Assembly (NCBI GenBank): GCA_963708295.1
Contig: CAVPSJ010000019.1
Coordinates: 1-64,000, forward strand
Length of the DNA: 64,000 nt
Reading direction: 5' to 3'
From: an uncultured delta proteobacterium
GTDB taxonomy: Bacteria > Desulfobacterota > BSN033 > UBA1163
A program made the position numbers and the translations under genes. The notes under the pieces are model-generated. The model searched no databases, was not told where the DNA came from, and saw only the letters and a list, made by a program, of their open reading frames with translations. This document shows, piece by piece, positions 40,601-50,898 of the stretch (positions within the stretch are counted from its first letter, which is position 1; each line of letters begins with the position of its first letter).

Positions 40601-40985
40601 AATATGCTCGATAGAGATAACCAAGTAGGGGGCCCTTGTCAATTAAGGCAGGAAGTTCTCCTTCCCCCAAGGAAACGGTCAAAAGGCACTTTTACGAATC
40701 CGTCCATAATATCCCCTCGAACCATGAAAATAACCAAAAATTCTCCTCCCCCGGTTTCCCCAGAAATCCCCCTCCTTGGAGGTACGGATGGGGGTGTCTC
40801 ACAGGAGGGAGGGGAAATTCTTAAGGGAAATATGTCTAAAGAATGATGGACGCTTTAGTAAAATCTACCTTCGGCAGTCAGCCCCTCTCCTTTTCTCGTT
40901 GAAATAGAGTGACATTCTCCCTAAAATCGTCTTATCATGAAAGAGTGATGTAAATAAGGAAGGTACGGACGAAAGGCGTCATAGG

Positions 40986-41938
40986 ATGAGGGCGGAAACC
41001 GTCTCGGAAACTCCAGCTCGCTTCTCCGGTCCGCATATTGTCGAGGCGGAACATTTGCTGAAAAAATTCGGCGACCTGGTCGCGGTCAACGGGATCTCTT
41101 TCCGGGTCGCCACCGGTGAATGCTTCGGGATTCTGGGCCCCAATGGCGCGGGGAAGACGACCACGATCCGGATGGTCTATGCTTTCTCTCCCATGAGCGG
41201 GGGCAGTTTGAAGGTGTTCGGACTCGACATCTCCCGGGAGTGGCGCCGGATCAAATCCCGTATCGGCGTCTGCCAGCAGGAGAACAGCGTGGATCCGGAT
41301 CTGACGGTCCTCCAGAATCTGGAAGTGTTTGCCCGGTACTTCGATATCCCCAGGAAGGAAGCCCGGGAAAAGGCGACCGAGCTTCTCGACTTCATCGCCC
41401 TCGATCATCGGGCGAATGCGACGGTCACCGAACTCTCCGGCGGGATGATGCGCCGACTGGTCCTTGCCCGTTCGCTCATCAACCATCCGGACCTTCTGAT
41501 TCTGGACGAACCGACCACGGGCCTGGACCCCCAGTCGCGGCACCAACTATGGGACCGCCTCGAAGAACTACGGGAAGGGGCATTTCCATTTTGCTGACCA
41601 CTCATTATATGGAAGAAGCCTCGAGGTTGTGCGACCGGTTGATCATCATCGATCACGGTCTGATCCTGGTGGAAGGCAAACCCGAAGAGCTGATTCAGGA
41701 ACATGTGGGCAAGAATGTAATCGAGATCGCAGCACCCACGGAGGAGCTGAAATCCTTTATCCGTTCACGCCGACTCGACTATGAAGATCTCGGCCACCGC
41801 TTGATCATCTACTGTGAAGACAGCGGCGAGCTCTATCAGAGGGTGACCCGGGATTTTTGTAAAGAGGGCTGTGTGATGAGATCGGCGACCCTCGAAGATG
41901 TCTTCTTGAAGTTAACGGGCAGGGAGTTGAGAGAATGA
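40986..41938 (+). CDS. NodI-like ABC-2 ATPase; frameshift near 41578
   Basis: GPNGAGKTT, LSGGMMRRL, LDEPTTGLDP, TTHYMEEA, TLEDVFLKLTG. Confidence 0.9.
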
Positions 41939-42726
41939 CGGAACGAGCCCAGGCGAAGATCTCCAGGCGGTTCCTTCGAGTCTGGCAGCGAAACCTGAGG
42001 GTTTACAGGAAGAGCTGGAAGATCAGTTTCATCCCGCCCTTTCTGGAGCCCCTCTTTTATCTGATCGCCTTTAGCGTCGGCATGAGCGGTCTGGTGGGAA
42101 GCCTCCGCTATCAGGGGTCTGACATCTCTTACGTGAGCTTCATCGCCCCTGCCTTGATTGGAGTCAGCATCATGTACAACTCCTTTTTTGAGACCACCTA
42201 TGCCTCTTTTGTAAGGATGTATTATCAGAAAACCTTTGATGCCATGCTGGCCACGCCCCTCTCGCTGGAAGAGGTCATCGCCGGTGAAATTGTCTGGGGC
42301 GCGACCAAGTCCCTGATCGCGGCTGCGATCATGATAGCGGTGATCGGCTTTTTCGGGCTGATTCGATTTCCCGAAGGTCTTCTCCTCCTGCCTCTGGCGG
42401 TGTTGGGCGGGATTGCCTTCGCATCGATCGGCATGTTCTTTACCGGGATCGTAGCCAACATTGAAATGTTCAATCTGCCCGTCTTCTTGTTTGTCACGCC
42501 CATGTTTCTCTTCAGCGGAACCTTTTTCCCTCTTGAAAATCTTCCCCGCTGGGCTCAGCAATTTGCCCTCGTCTTCCCCCTCACCCATCTCACCAACCTT
42601 GCGCGGGCTTTCAGCTTCGGACAGATCCATCTCTCCCTGCTCTGGGAAACCGGTTATCTTCTGGCTTTCAGCCTGATCTTCTTTCCCCTGGCCATTTCAA
42701 AAATGCACCGGCGCTTAATTAAATAG
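41935..42726 (+). CDS. NodJ-like ABC-2 permease
   Basis: EPLFYL, MLATPL, TPMFLFSGTFFP, PLTH. Confidence 0.92.
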   Translation: MTERAQAKISRRFLRVWQRNLRVYRKSWKISFIPPFLEPLFYLIAFSVGMSGLVGSLRYQGSDISYVSFIAPALIGVSIMYNSFFETTYASFVRMYYQKTFDAMLATPLSLEEVIAGEIVWGATKSLIAAAIMIAVIGFFGLIRFPEGLLLLPLAVLGGIAFASIGMFFTGIVANIEMFNLPVFLFVTPMFLFSGTFFPLENLPRWAQQFALVFPLTHLTNLARAFSFGQIHLSLLWETGYLLAFSLIFFPLAISKMHRRLIK

Positions 42727-42923
42727 CGCCCCCGATCCTTCCCTCCCCTCAAGAAACCATGTCAGAAGGATAAAAAGCGGCTCCGAACAAGGCGGAAGAG
42801 ACGGTCGACCGCATCCTAAGAGTTTGGAACCCGATTGTCTCTTCGGCCGGGCCGGATTGTGACCCGGTCTCCAGGGGGAGTAGGGAAGGGGTGATGCCGC
42901 TTAATTTATTACGTTTGCAATAG

Positions 42924-44450
42924 TCAGACGGACCGGGCTGCCATTTTTCCGGCAAGCCTGCCGGAAGTGAAGGCCCAGGCCAGGTTCAGGCCGTGTCCCA
43001 TCAGAATCAGTCCACCCGCGGTCCGGCCTCCCGCAAAGAGCCCGGGGATGGCATTTCCCGATTGATCCAGGACTTGAAACCGGGTATTGATGTCGAGGCC
43101 TCCGAGGGTCACTCCGATATAGCCCACGGCTGGACCCATGACATAAAAGGGTGGTTTGAAAATACCCTCTCCAAGCGGCGAGCGCTGAAAGTCTTCATCC
43201 TTCCCTTTTTCAACAAAACCATTGTAACGCTTTACCGTTTGAACAAGGGCTAGGGGGTTTGGATGAATCTTTGCTGCCTTCTCGAGGGTCTCCCCTTTCG
43301 AAATGATATCGGGAACGTCTTTCTCATAGTCCTGAACATAGGCATAAGCGATCCCCGCTGCCGTTGAGACAAAGTATGGCCAGGCGGAGAATTTCTCGGC
43401 CAGCCTCGAATCGAAGACGATATACGCCTGTCCCTCGGCCTGCCGCGCAATGGGGAAAGAAGGATCTTTCAACTCATTCGCGAATCGCTCACCCCCACGA
43501 TTGACCAGAATCGCCCCTTCCCGGTACAACCCTTCATCCGGCGCCCCGCGCGTCGTCAGAAGATGGCTGGCCAGTCTGATAAAGAACCGTCGGGGTAATA
43601 CCCTGCTTCCGACGGCATAGAGCTTGATCAGCAGAGGATGATTGGGGAGCAACTCATGCCACAGTTTCTTGGGAGCAGGAATAAATCGAACGTTTGGCCG
43701 GGTAAAGACACCCATATTGACCGTACGGCCCCCGACCTCCATTCCCATGACGTGTCCCTCTCCTTGACATTCGGGATTGTAACCAGGAGCCTTGGCCAGA
43801 TCGGCTGACAAATATCGCTCCTTCAGGGCAAAGCTATTGCTATAGTCACCGCTGGCCAGGATTACGCCTCGGCGGGCCTGGACCTCGATGGAAGTATTCT
43901 TCTCGGTTTGTTCCAGAAGGGCTCCGGTGATCCGTCCCCCCTCCCGGATCAATTTCCGGCCCGAGGTGTTCAAGAGAACCTTCACCCCTTTCTTGACGGC
44001 CGCCCTCTGGAGCAGAAACGGGTAAGCCAATCCGCTCGGAATCACATTATGCATCCGGGGCACGCGGTGGGGTGGTTCCGGGTTCGGTCCGTAGAATTCA
44101 AATCCGTAACTTCGCAACCACTCAATCGTCCGAGCGCCTTCCCTGACCAGGACCCAGAATAGTTCCTTGTTGTCGAATGGATCCAACTCTCCATTGTATA
44201 TTTTCATGTCCTCGAACAAGGCCTCCGGCGAATCGAGGATCCCCTGGCGGGCCTGGTAAGAGGTGCAGCAGGCGGTGATGGAGCCAACGGAAAGACCCGT
44301 CGTCCCTCCCGGAGAACTGCATTTTTCGGCGACGATCACCTTTGCCCCTTCTTCGGCTGCGGAGACAGCCGCAGCCAAACCCGTTCCTCCCCCGCCGATG
44401 ACCAGAACATCCGTTTCCATTTCATGAGAGCTCGTTGACATTTGCGGCAT
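42924..44450 (-). CDS. FAD-dependent oxidoreductase (FAD_binding_2; flavocytochrome c/ketosteroid dehydrogenase-like)
   Basis: DVLVIGGGGTGLAAA, GGTTGLSVG, ILVNRGGERFANE, TLGGL, IPGLFAGG. Confidence 0.88.
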   Translation of the reverse strand: MPQMSTSSHEMETDVLVIGGGGTGLAAAVSAAEEGAKVIVAEKCSSPGGTTGLSVGSITACCTSYQARQGILDSPEALFEDMKIYNGELDPFDNKELFWVLVREGARTIEWLRSYGFEFYGPNPEPPHRVPRMHNVIPSGLAYPFLLQRAAVKKGVKVLLNTSGRKLIREGGRITGALLEQTEKNTSIEVQARRGVILASGDYSNSFALKERYLSADLAKAPGYNPECQGEGHVMGMEVGGRTVNMGVFTRPNVRFIPAPKKLWHELLPNHPLLIKLYAVGSRVLPRRFFIRLASHLLTTRGAPDEGLYREGAILVNRGGERFANELKDPSFPIARQAEGQAYIVFDSRLAEKFSAWPYFVSTAAGIAYAYVQDYEKDVPDIISKGETLEKAAKIHPNPLALVQTVKRYNGFVEKGKDEDFQRSPLGEGIFKPPFYVMGPAVGYIGVTLGGLDINTRFQVLDQSGNAIPGLFAGGRTAGGLILMGHGLNLAWAFTSGRLAGKMAARSV

Positions 44451-44520
44451 CCTATGGACTCCTCGCGAAAATATTCTACACATAGCAGAAAGAAGAGGGG
44501 AGCGCAAGTGGCCCCGCCGG

Positions 44521-44549
44521 TTGACACTCCCCTCTCTTTCTCTTATAGT
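44521..44549 (+). promoter_or_regulatory. Sigma-70 promoter
   Basis: TTGACA-N17-TATAGT. Confidence 0.65.
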
Positions 44550-44629
44550 CAAGTCGCCTCAAAGCGAATAATTATCCCATCTGTTTCTTCCTGCGTTGAG
44601 ACACAATGCTTCTGAAGGAGTGACTGGAA

Positions 44630-45553
44630 ATGATAGACTATAAATTGTTGACATATGGAGCGCTCCAGGGACCGCGTGCGGGGATCATCGTGGACGAAGA
44701 AGTTTTTGATTTGGCGGGATTGACGGATAGACCCTCTTATGCAGCGGTGCTGGATGTCCTGAAAGACTGGGAAACCGCAAGAGCCATCCTCCATGAGGCG
44801 GTAGAAGAAACCAAGGTCGGAAAGATCAAAGGTATTCCTTTGGAGAAAGTCAAGCTGCTTGTCCCGGTGTTTCCATCGGCAATTTTCTGTGCCGGCGCGA
44901 ACTATGTCGACCACGTGCAGGAGATGGCAGCGGCCCGGAAGATCAACCCGGATCCCGATCCTCGGAGCCTGGGACTCAAACCCTGGCATTTTATCAAGGC
45001 ATCTCGTTCGGTGGTCGAAACGCAGTCCACCGTTCCCTTACCCGCCTATTCCAAGATGGTTGACTGGGAAGCCGAGTTGACGGCGGTCATCGGCCGCCGG
45101 GCGAAAGATGTCCCGGCGGACAAGGCCCTTGAGTATGTCGCGGGTTACACCGTGGCGAACGATCTCTCGGCGCGTGATTTCACAGCCCGGCCGCACGTCC
45201 CGGACACTTCGCCCTTCAAGTACGACTGGGTGAGTCAGAAGAGTTTCGATGGGTCGTGCCCGATCGGCCCGTGGATTGTGCCGGCAGGGCAGATCGGGGA
45301 CCCTCAAAATCTGAGCATCAGACTTTGGGTCAATGACGTCCTCAAACAGGACTCTCACACCGGCAAAATGATCTTCTCCGTTGCCGAACAGGTCGCCCAT
45401 CTCTCGACCCGGATCACGCTCTATCCGGGAGATCTGATTCTCACCGGCACACCGGCCGGAGTGGGCATGGCGAGAGGGGAGTTCCTTAAAGCCGGTGACG
45501 TGATCCGTGTTTGGGTCGAGCGAATTGGGACGCTGACGAACACGATGGGATAG
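44630..45553 (+). CDS. Fumarylacetoacetate hydrolase family protein
   Basis: GANYVDH, DWEAEL, NDLSARD, KSFD, GDLILTGTPAGVG. Confidence 0.93.
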   Translation: MIDYKLLTYGALQGPRAGIIVDEEVFDLAGLTDRPSYAAVLDVLKDWETARAILHEAVEETKVGKIKGIPLEKVKLLVPVFPSAIFCAGANYVDHVQEMAAARKINPDPDPRSLGLKPWHFIKASRSVVETQSTVPLPAYSKMVDWEAELTAVIGRRAKDVPADKALEYVAGYTVANDLSARDFTARPHVPDTSPFKYDWVSQKSFDGSCPIGPWIVPAGQIGDPQNLSIRLWVNDVLKQDSHTGKMIFSVAEQVAHLSTRITLYPGDLILTGTPAGVGMARGEFLKAGDVIRVWVERIGTLTNTMG

Positions 45554-45726
45554 CTTGACCTACCCAGAATGACTCAAGGGACCGGCCCGGGAAAAATCTC
45601 CGCACGGCAACGATCGAGGGCCTGGTCGAATCGCCATTGCCCGAACAAGATATTCCGAAGAAATTCCGCAGATCGGCCTGGGCGTTGAATACCGCTCGTT
45701 AAAATCGTCGTCTCTTCAAGTTTGCA

Positions 45727-46272
45727 TCAATCGCTATCGCGCAAAATTGTGAAATCCATTAAATCAATATCGATCGACCCCAGTCTTTTGACGTCGCCTT
45801 GATCGAAAGGAGAAGGCACTTGATAAGAAGATGCGCGTTTCACCCCTGATTCGAACGTAATCGGGAAAGCAAACGCATTGCTTTCATTTCCGAGTTTATC
45901 CAGAACCGAGACCGTCAGGGTAATGGGTGTCCACTCGGATACATACGGTGTTTTCGAACTATAGGTATTCCATTGGAGGTACCCTTTAAAGTGCTTACGA
46001 TCCGTCGGCTTCAGATACACCCAGCTGGTCGGATACCGGCCGTAGCCGGCCTGGTCAACCACCGTGGCGATCTTCATCATTTCCCCTCGCGGGTCCTCCG
46101 CCTCAATATACACCCTCAGAATGTCTCCATACTTTATTTTGTCCACAGTAAATGCATGCGTGATGACCGGTGCATTTGATCCTGACCGGCTTTGTGCCCA
46201 TCCCTGCGCGCTCAAAAAGAGGACCAGGGCTACCATCACTCCCCGCACCCAGTAAATTTGTTTTTTGTTCAT
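45727..46272 (-). CDS. Secreted hypothetical protein
   Basis: GGAGG RBS, signal peptide; TTGACA-N17-TACATT promoter at 46343-46315. Confidence 0.78.
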   Translation of the reverse strand: MNKKQIYWVRGVMVALVLFLSAQGWAQSRSGSNAPVITHAFTVDKIKYGDILRVYIEAEDPRGEMMKIATVVDQAGYGRYPTSWVYLKPTDRKHFKGYLQWNTYSSKTPYVSEWTPITLTVSVLDKLGNESNAFAFPITFESGVKRASSYQVPSPFDQGDVKRLGSIDIDLMDFTILRDSD

Positions 46273-46343
46273 TTTCGTTCCTCCATTTCTCTCTTATCAA
46301 CCTTTATACAAATAAATGTAAATAGCTCCGTTGGGTTTGTCAA

Positions 46344-46521
46344 TCCTTCGACTCCTTTGCCCACCCCACTTTCTTCAGCCCACCCCTTTTGTGTCCTGCC
46401 CTTCAGTGTCTGACCGAAGCCCCTTTTCAGAAATCGGCCCAAGTTTCACCCGTGATCGGGTGGGCCCCCGAAGAGGCTTCGTCGGCCCGACCGCTTTAGT
46501 TTGGCTGTATGGGTCGAAGGA
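46344..46521. ncRNA. Candidate structured RNA, 178 nt (6S-like size; unassigned)
   Basis: Five nested stems seen by eye in an intergenic region; G-U pairing favours the minus strand. Confidence 0.35.
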
Positions 46522-46693
46522 GGGAGAGCCAGTTTCAATGTCATTCCGGACGTTAATCCAGGCTACCCTCAACACGGGCATTAGGAAGCCTCGGAGGGGA
46601 CTCGCCCTCGGCACGTTTCTTTACAAAAGGTCATCGTTATGTTAGACGCACATTTGTTTCGATTTATTCAATGAAAATTCGGGGGGAACGATC

Positions 46694-46800
46694 TTGGATG
46701 CCGACCTGTGCCAGAGAATCATAGAGAACATCTCTCGTATGATCGTGGGTAAAAAAGGAGTCCATCGGGCTCCTGCTGGCGGCACTCCCGATGGGCCTGG
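46694..46800 (+). pseudogene. 5' stub of a MoxR AAA+ gene
   Basis: LCQRIIENISRMIVGKK/ESIGLLLAAL across a frameshift; no Walker A follows. Confidence 0.55.
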
Positions 46801-46920
46801 CAGAGACAAGGTAATCCTCCGCGATATCACTGAAAACCTGTATGAACCCACTGAAAGACAGGGAGGAGGCTGGCCTGGCTGTTTATTCGATCACTTTTTC
46901 AACCTCTCACCTGTTTTAGC

Positions 46921-46949
46921 TTGACAGAAAACCTCGGTTTTCATATATT
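46921..46949 (+). promoter_or_regulatory. Sigma-70 promoter with a palindromic operator in the spacer
   Basis: TTGACA-N17-TATATT; spacer contains GAAAACC-TC-GGTTTTC. Confidence 0.6.
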
Positions 46950-47007
46950 CAACTCATCCCCCCCAATAGGCTCTCAGCGGGCTGAGGGGCAAGAGGCGAA
47001 CGACATC

Positions 47008-47940
47008 ATGCGGCCCTTACAAGGAATTATGGCCCTTACCTATACGCCATTGAAGGCGGACTACAGCTTAAACGAGGATGCCGTTCGTCGAGAAATTGAT
47101 TGGGTCATCCAGAGGGGGGCGACGGGCATATGGCCCGGAGGATACGCCGGGCAATGGCCGGAATTGGACGAGGAGGTCCGGAAAAGACATCTCAAGGTTT
47201 GTATCGAGCATGCCAAGAACAGGGTTTTTTGCGCCGCCGGATGCCATGCCACCAACACCCTGCAAACCGTCCGACTGGCGAATTATGCGGAAGAGATCGG
47301 CTATGACTGCGCTTGGATCTCTCCCACGGCTCCTCGAAAGGCCACAGACGATGAGATGGTAGAACACCACCGATGGGTCCTCGATCATACGACGATCCCC
47401 ATCGCCCTATACGATTCAAGTCCTGCCGGTTCTTACATGGGCCCGGAACTGATTGCGCGCATTGTGGGAATGAGCCAGCGGATTATCGCCATGAAGGCTA
47501 TCGTCGGGGACATCGTTCACATCGCCTCCCTCTACCATTGGCGGGTGGATCAGCGAATCAGCATTCTGGGCGTCGAATGGAATATGCTTCCCCACTTACT
47601 GTTGGGTGCGCCGGGTGCGATGGGTGGCTCGGATTGGATTCCGGCCATGTGTGCGACTTACGAGGCGTTTAAGCGGGGGAACATGAATAGGGCCTGGGAA
47701 CTGCAAAAAGCGATCGCGGCTCAATCCCCCCTTCTCATCCCTCGCGTCGCGTCGTCGACCATGGGAAGCAAAATGGACCGTTCCGGGATAGGGTACCTGA
47801 AGGCCCGATTCTCACTGATGAGCGGCATCGACTTGGGTCCCCCCATGCCGCCCTACGGCCCGGCTTCGGAGGCGGAGGTCGAAAAGGCAAAGCAAGGAAT
47901 TCGCTCACTGGAGGCGCTGATCGCCAAACCGAATCAGTAG
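47008..47940 (+). CDS. DapA/NAL-family class I aldolase-like protein
   Basis: GIMALTYTP, GGYAGQ, ALYD, IAMKA. Confidence 0.85.
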   Translation: MRPLQGIMALTYTPLKADYSLNEDAVRREIDWVIQRGATGIWPGGYAGQWPELDEEVRKRHLKVCIEHAKNRVFCAAGCHATNTLQTVRLANYAEEIGYDCAWISPTAPRKATDDEMVEHHRWVLDHTTIPIALYDSSPAGSYMGPELIARIVGMSQRIIAMKAIVGDIVHIASLYHWRVDQRISILGVEWNMLPHLLLGAPGAMGGSDWIPAMCATYEAFKRGNMNRAWELQKAIAAQSPLLIPRVASSTMGSKMDRSGIGYLKARFSLMSGIDLGPPMPPYGPASEAEVEKAKQGIRSLEALIAKPNQ

Positions 47941-48051
47941 CCTGAGGAACGAATGCGTTTCCTGAGGGTGCGGGTGACAGGCCCGTAGGCTCATCAACGG
48001 AAAGGGAGATGACTTTGATCTCGTACTAAAATCTAACACAGGAGGAGATTT

Positions 48052-49026
48052 ATGAAACGTCACATTTTTGTCGCTCTCTCATTCTTGGTCGTGTTTGCAC
48101 TTTGCGGAGGAGTGCCGACGATTCAGGCCCAGAATTACCCGAATCGACCCGTTCAGTTCATCCTGCCCGGTACTCCGGGGTCGATCATCGATATCACCGG
48201 AAGGGTGTTAGCGGAGGATCTGGGAAAGATACTCGGGGGGCAATTTGTTCCCATCGACAAACCGGGCGCAGGATTCACCCTGGGAACGGATTTTGTGGTC
48301 AGGAGCAAGAAAGATGGCTATACCCTTTCCTATACCAACAATCCAGCCATCGTCTACTCCAGGATCCTGATGGATACGGTCCCCTATAACCCGGATAGAG
48401 ATTTAGACCCTTTGGGGCTTCACCTGTTTTTTCCCCATGCCCTTGCGGTGCAGGCCAGTTCCCCTTGGAAAACATTCGGGGAGTTGATAGACTATGCTAA
48501 AAAGAACCCCAATCAAGTTCGCTGCAGCACCCCCGGGATAGGGACGACGACCCACTTCCATTTGGAGATCCTCCAATCGTTGACCGGAGCCCAATTCAAT
48601 CACGTTCCTTTCAAATCCGGAGAAGCGGTGATCACTGCCCTTTTAGGGGGCCATGTGGAAATGACCTTCGATGCAGTGAGTAAGATCGCCCCGCATGTCG
48701 AATCGGGTAAGATGAGGATGCTCCTGGTCACCATGAAGTCCCCCACCTTCCCGAACGTCCCCACGCTGAGAGATTTGGGTTATAAACAGGATCTGGCAGT
48801 TTCCTGGTTTGCGATGTATGGCCCGATGGGAATGCCGGAGGAGGTGAAGAAAGTTTTGATCCCCGCGATTGAGAAAGCGGCGAAAAATCCGGAATCAAAG
48901 GCCAGGCTTGAGAAAATGCATTTCATTATCGATTATAGATCTCCCGCGGAACAGAAGAAGCTGGCTGCCGAAGAATACGAGACAGCCCTTGAGATCGCCA
49001 AAAAAATCGGGTTATACAAAAAATGA
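48052..49026 (+). CDS. Bug/TctC tripartite tricarboxylate transporter substrate-binding protein
   Basis: YPNRPV, KPGAG, DGYTL, HVPFKSG, ALLGGHV, PNVPTL. Confidence 0.95.
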   Translation: MKRHIFVALSFLVVFALCGGVPTIQAQNYPNRPVQFILPGTPGSIIDITGRVLAEDLGKILGGQFVPIDKPGAGFTLGTDFVVRSKKDGYTLSYTNNPAIVYSRILMDTVPYNPDRDLDPLGLHLFFPHALAVQASSPWKTFGELIDYAKKNPNQVRCSTPGIGTTTHFHLEILQSLTGAQFNHVPFKSGEAVITALLGGHVEMTFDAVSKIAPHVESGKMRMLLVTMKSPTFPNVPTLRDLGYKQDLAVSWFAMYGPMGMPEEVKKVLIPAIEKAAKNPESKARLEKMHFIIDYRSPAEQKKLAAEEYETALEIAKKIGLYKK

Positions 49027-49103
49027 TCCGGAGGAGGCGAGTACGGCTTAATTTTCTTTCGGTCGTCCTGTAGTACGGCGCCGATCCAGCTTCGACTTCG
49101 ATG

Positions 49104-49137
49104 AAAAATAGCCTTCCTATGGGAAGGCTATTTTTTT
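49104..49137 (+). terminator. Intrinsic terminator
   Basis: AAAAATAGCCTTCC-TATG-GGAAGGCTATTTTTTT. Confidence 0.85.
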
Positions 49138-49234
49138 GTCGGCCAAACCCGGAACTTTCACTTCCCAAAAATCTGGGAATTGTGTATATATGATGGCAGA
49201 GTATGAAAGAGGTCCCATTTCGACGCTCAGAAAA

Positions 49235-49363
49235 TGTCATTCCGAGCCCGAAGGGCGCGGCAATCCGACGAAGTCGTTGCGAGGACAAAGCTCGTGGCAA
49301 TCTCAAGGGTTCCCTCGCTTTGCTCGGGACAAGGCTTCGTCGCGAGGGGCTCCTCGCAATGAC
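49235..49363. repeat. GTCAT-terminated REP-like composite repeat
   Basis: GTCATTCCGAG..GGCAATC..GGCAATCTC..CTCGCAATGAC. Confidence 0.65.
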
Positions 49364-49460
49364 CCACTGGGGCCAATGCAGACAATCATGTGCTCCTCGT
49401 AGGAAGATAAGTAATAACATCGAGGGACGGCCAAAGAAGTTCTCTACGTCAGCTACCGAT

Positions 49461-50663
49461 ATGAAAAAGGTAAAAACAAATTTTCTTCTCGTCCTCGTTC
49501 TTCTGAGTTTGACGACTGCTTTGAGCTGCACCCCTTTACGGAAAAAAGAGGCGCAGCTTCCACCGGAGGCCCTCAAACAGGTCCGCTTCTTCTTCCCCAA
49601 ATTCAGCGATGACATGGATCGTGAATCGCTGATCCAGGGCGTCACAAGAAATCTCGAATACCTGGATCGCCTCGCTCCTGAAACCATATTCCACTATGGG
49701 CCTCACGATTTCACCCGCCAGCAGGTGCGTGAGAGTCAGGAGGCTTTTCTGGATCTCCTGTCAGGAGGGCTTAATGCAGATCAATTGAGCAGCGAGATCA
49801 GAAGGAAGTTTCGGGTTTACCGGGCCACCGGCCGGAAGGGAAACGGGCGGGTGCTCTTCACCGGGTATTATGAGCCCCTTTACGAGGGGAGACTGGCTCG
49901 TGATGAAATCTTCAGGTACCCGCTTTACCGTCTGCCCGACGATCTGACCCGAATCGATCTGTCCCCCTTCGGCGAGAAATTCAAGGGAGAAACCATTGTC
50001 GCAAGAATCGACGGCAAGAAAGTCCAGCCTTACTTCTCCAGGCTTCAAATCGAGGGAGAAAAGAGGCTGGAGGGAAAGGGCCTTGAGATGGCATGGCTGA
50101 AGGATCCCCTCGACGTGTTTTTTCTCCACATCCAGGGATCAGGCAGGGTGAGGCTCCCTGAGGGAAAAGAGTTTTTGGTTCACTACCAGGCCTCGAACGG
50201 CAGGCCCTACCGGAGCATCGGACAGTACATGATCGAGAAAGGGTTTCTCGCCCGTGAAGAAATGTCCATGCAGGCGATGCGAAAGTACTTGACCGAGCAT
50301 CCGGAGGTTCGCGACGAGGTTCTCAATCAAAACCCCTCTTACATTTTCTTCCGCCAGGTGGAGACAGGACCTTGGGGCAGTCTCGGCGTCCTCCTGACTC
50401 CCGGAAGGTCAATCGCCCTGGATCCCAGGCTTTTTCCAAAGGGTGCCCTCGGGTTCATTTCAAGCCAGAAACCTCTCGTCACCGATCAGGGAGAGATCAC
50501 GGGGTGGGTTGAATTCTCCCGTTTTGTCTTACACCAGGACTCAGGCGGGGCGATCAAAGGAGCCGGAAGGGCAGACATCTTTTGGGGAAGCGGCCCGTAC
50601 GCCGAGGTGACCGCAGGCCACCTTCAACAGGAGGGCGACCTTTACATCCTCATCAAGAAGTAG
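49461..50663 (+). CDS. mltA: Membrane-bound lytic murein transglycosylase A
   Basis: Lipobox ALSC; FTGYYEP, FFLHIQGSG, NPSYIFF, QDSGGAIKG..RADIFWG. Confidence 0.92.
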   Translation: MKKVKTNFLLVLVLLSLTTALSCTPLRKKEAQLPPEALKQVRFFFPKFSDDMDRESLIQGVTRNLEYLDRLAPETIFHYGPHDFTRQQVRESQEAFLDLLSGGLNADQLSSEIRRKFRVYRATGRKGNGRVLFTGYYEPLYEGRLARDEIFRYPLYRLPDDLTRIDLSPFGEKFKGETIVARIDGKKVQPYFSRLQIEGEKRLEGKGLEMAWLKDPLDVFFLHIQGSGRVRLPEGKEFLVHYQASNGRPYRSIGQYMIEKGFLAREEMSMQAMRKYLTEHPEVRDEVLNQNPSYIFFRQVETGPWGSLGVLLTPGRSIALDPRLFPKGALGFISSQKPLVTDQGEITGWVEFSRFVLHQDSGGAIKGAGRADIFWGSGPYAEVTAGHLQQEGDLYILIKK

Positions 50664-50898
50664 CTCCGGAGGTCGTTCCTGAAGCGATGCTCTAATTCCC
50701 AGAGCCTCGTGAAAAGCCATCCAAGAATATTCTAAAATGGCTCCCTCTCCGCTTGCCCCCTTCTCCGTCCATAAGCATTGAATATCAAATCCTATCCGAG
50801 TATCATATAAACATGGGAATAGCGGGTTATTCGATTTTCGACCAGGACATCAGTGGGTTCGATGAAACCCTGAATCGACCACCCAAGGAGTGTGAGAG

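Noticed and set aside
49203-49460. Long N-terminal extension of MltA in the ORF track
   Set aside because: It is read-through of a REP-like repeat; the lipoprotein signal starts at ATG 49461.
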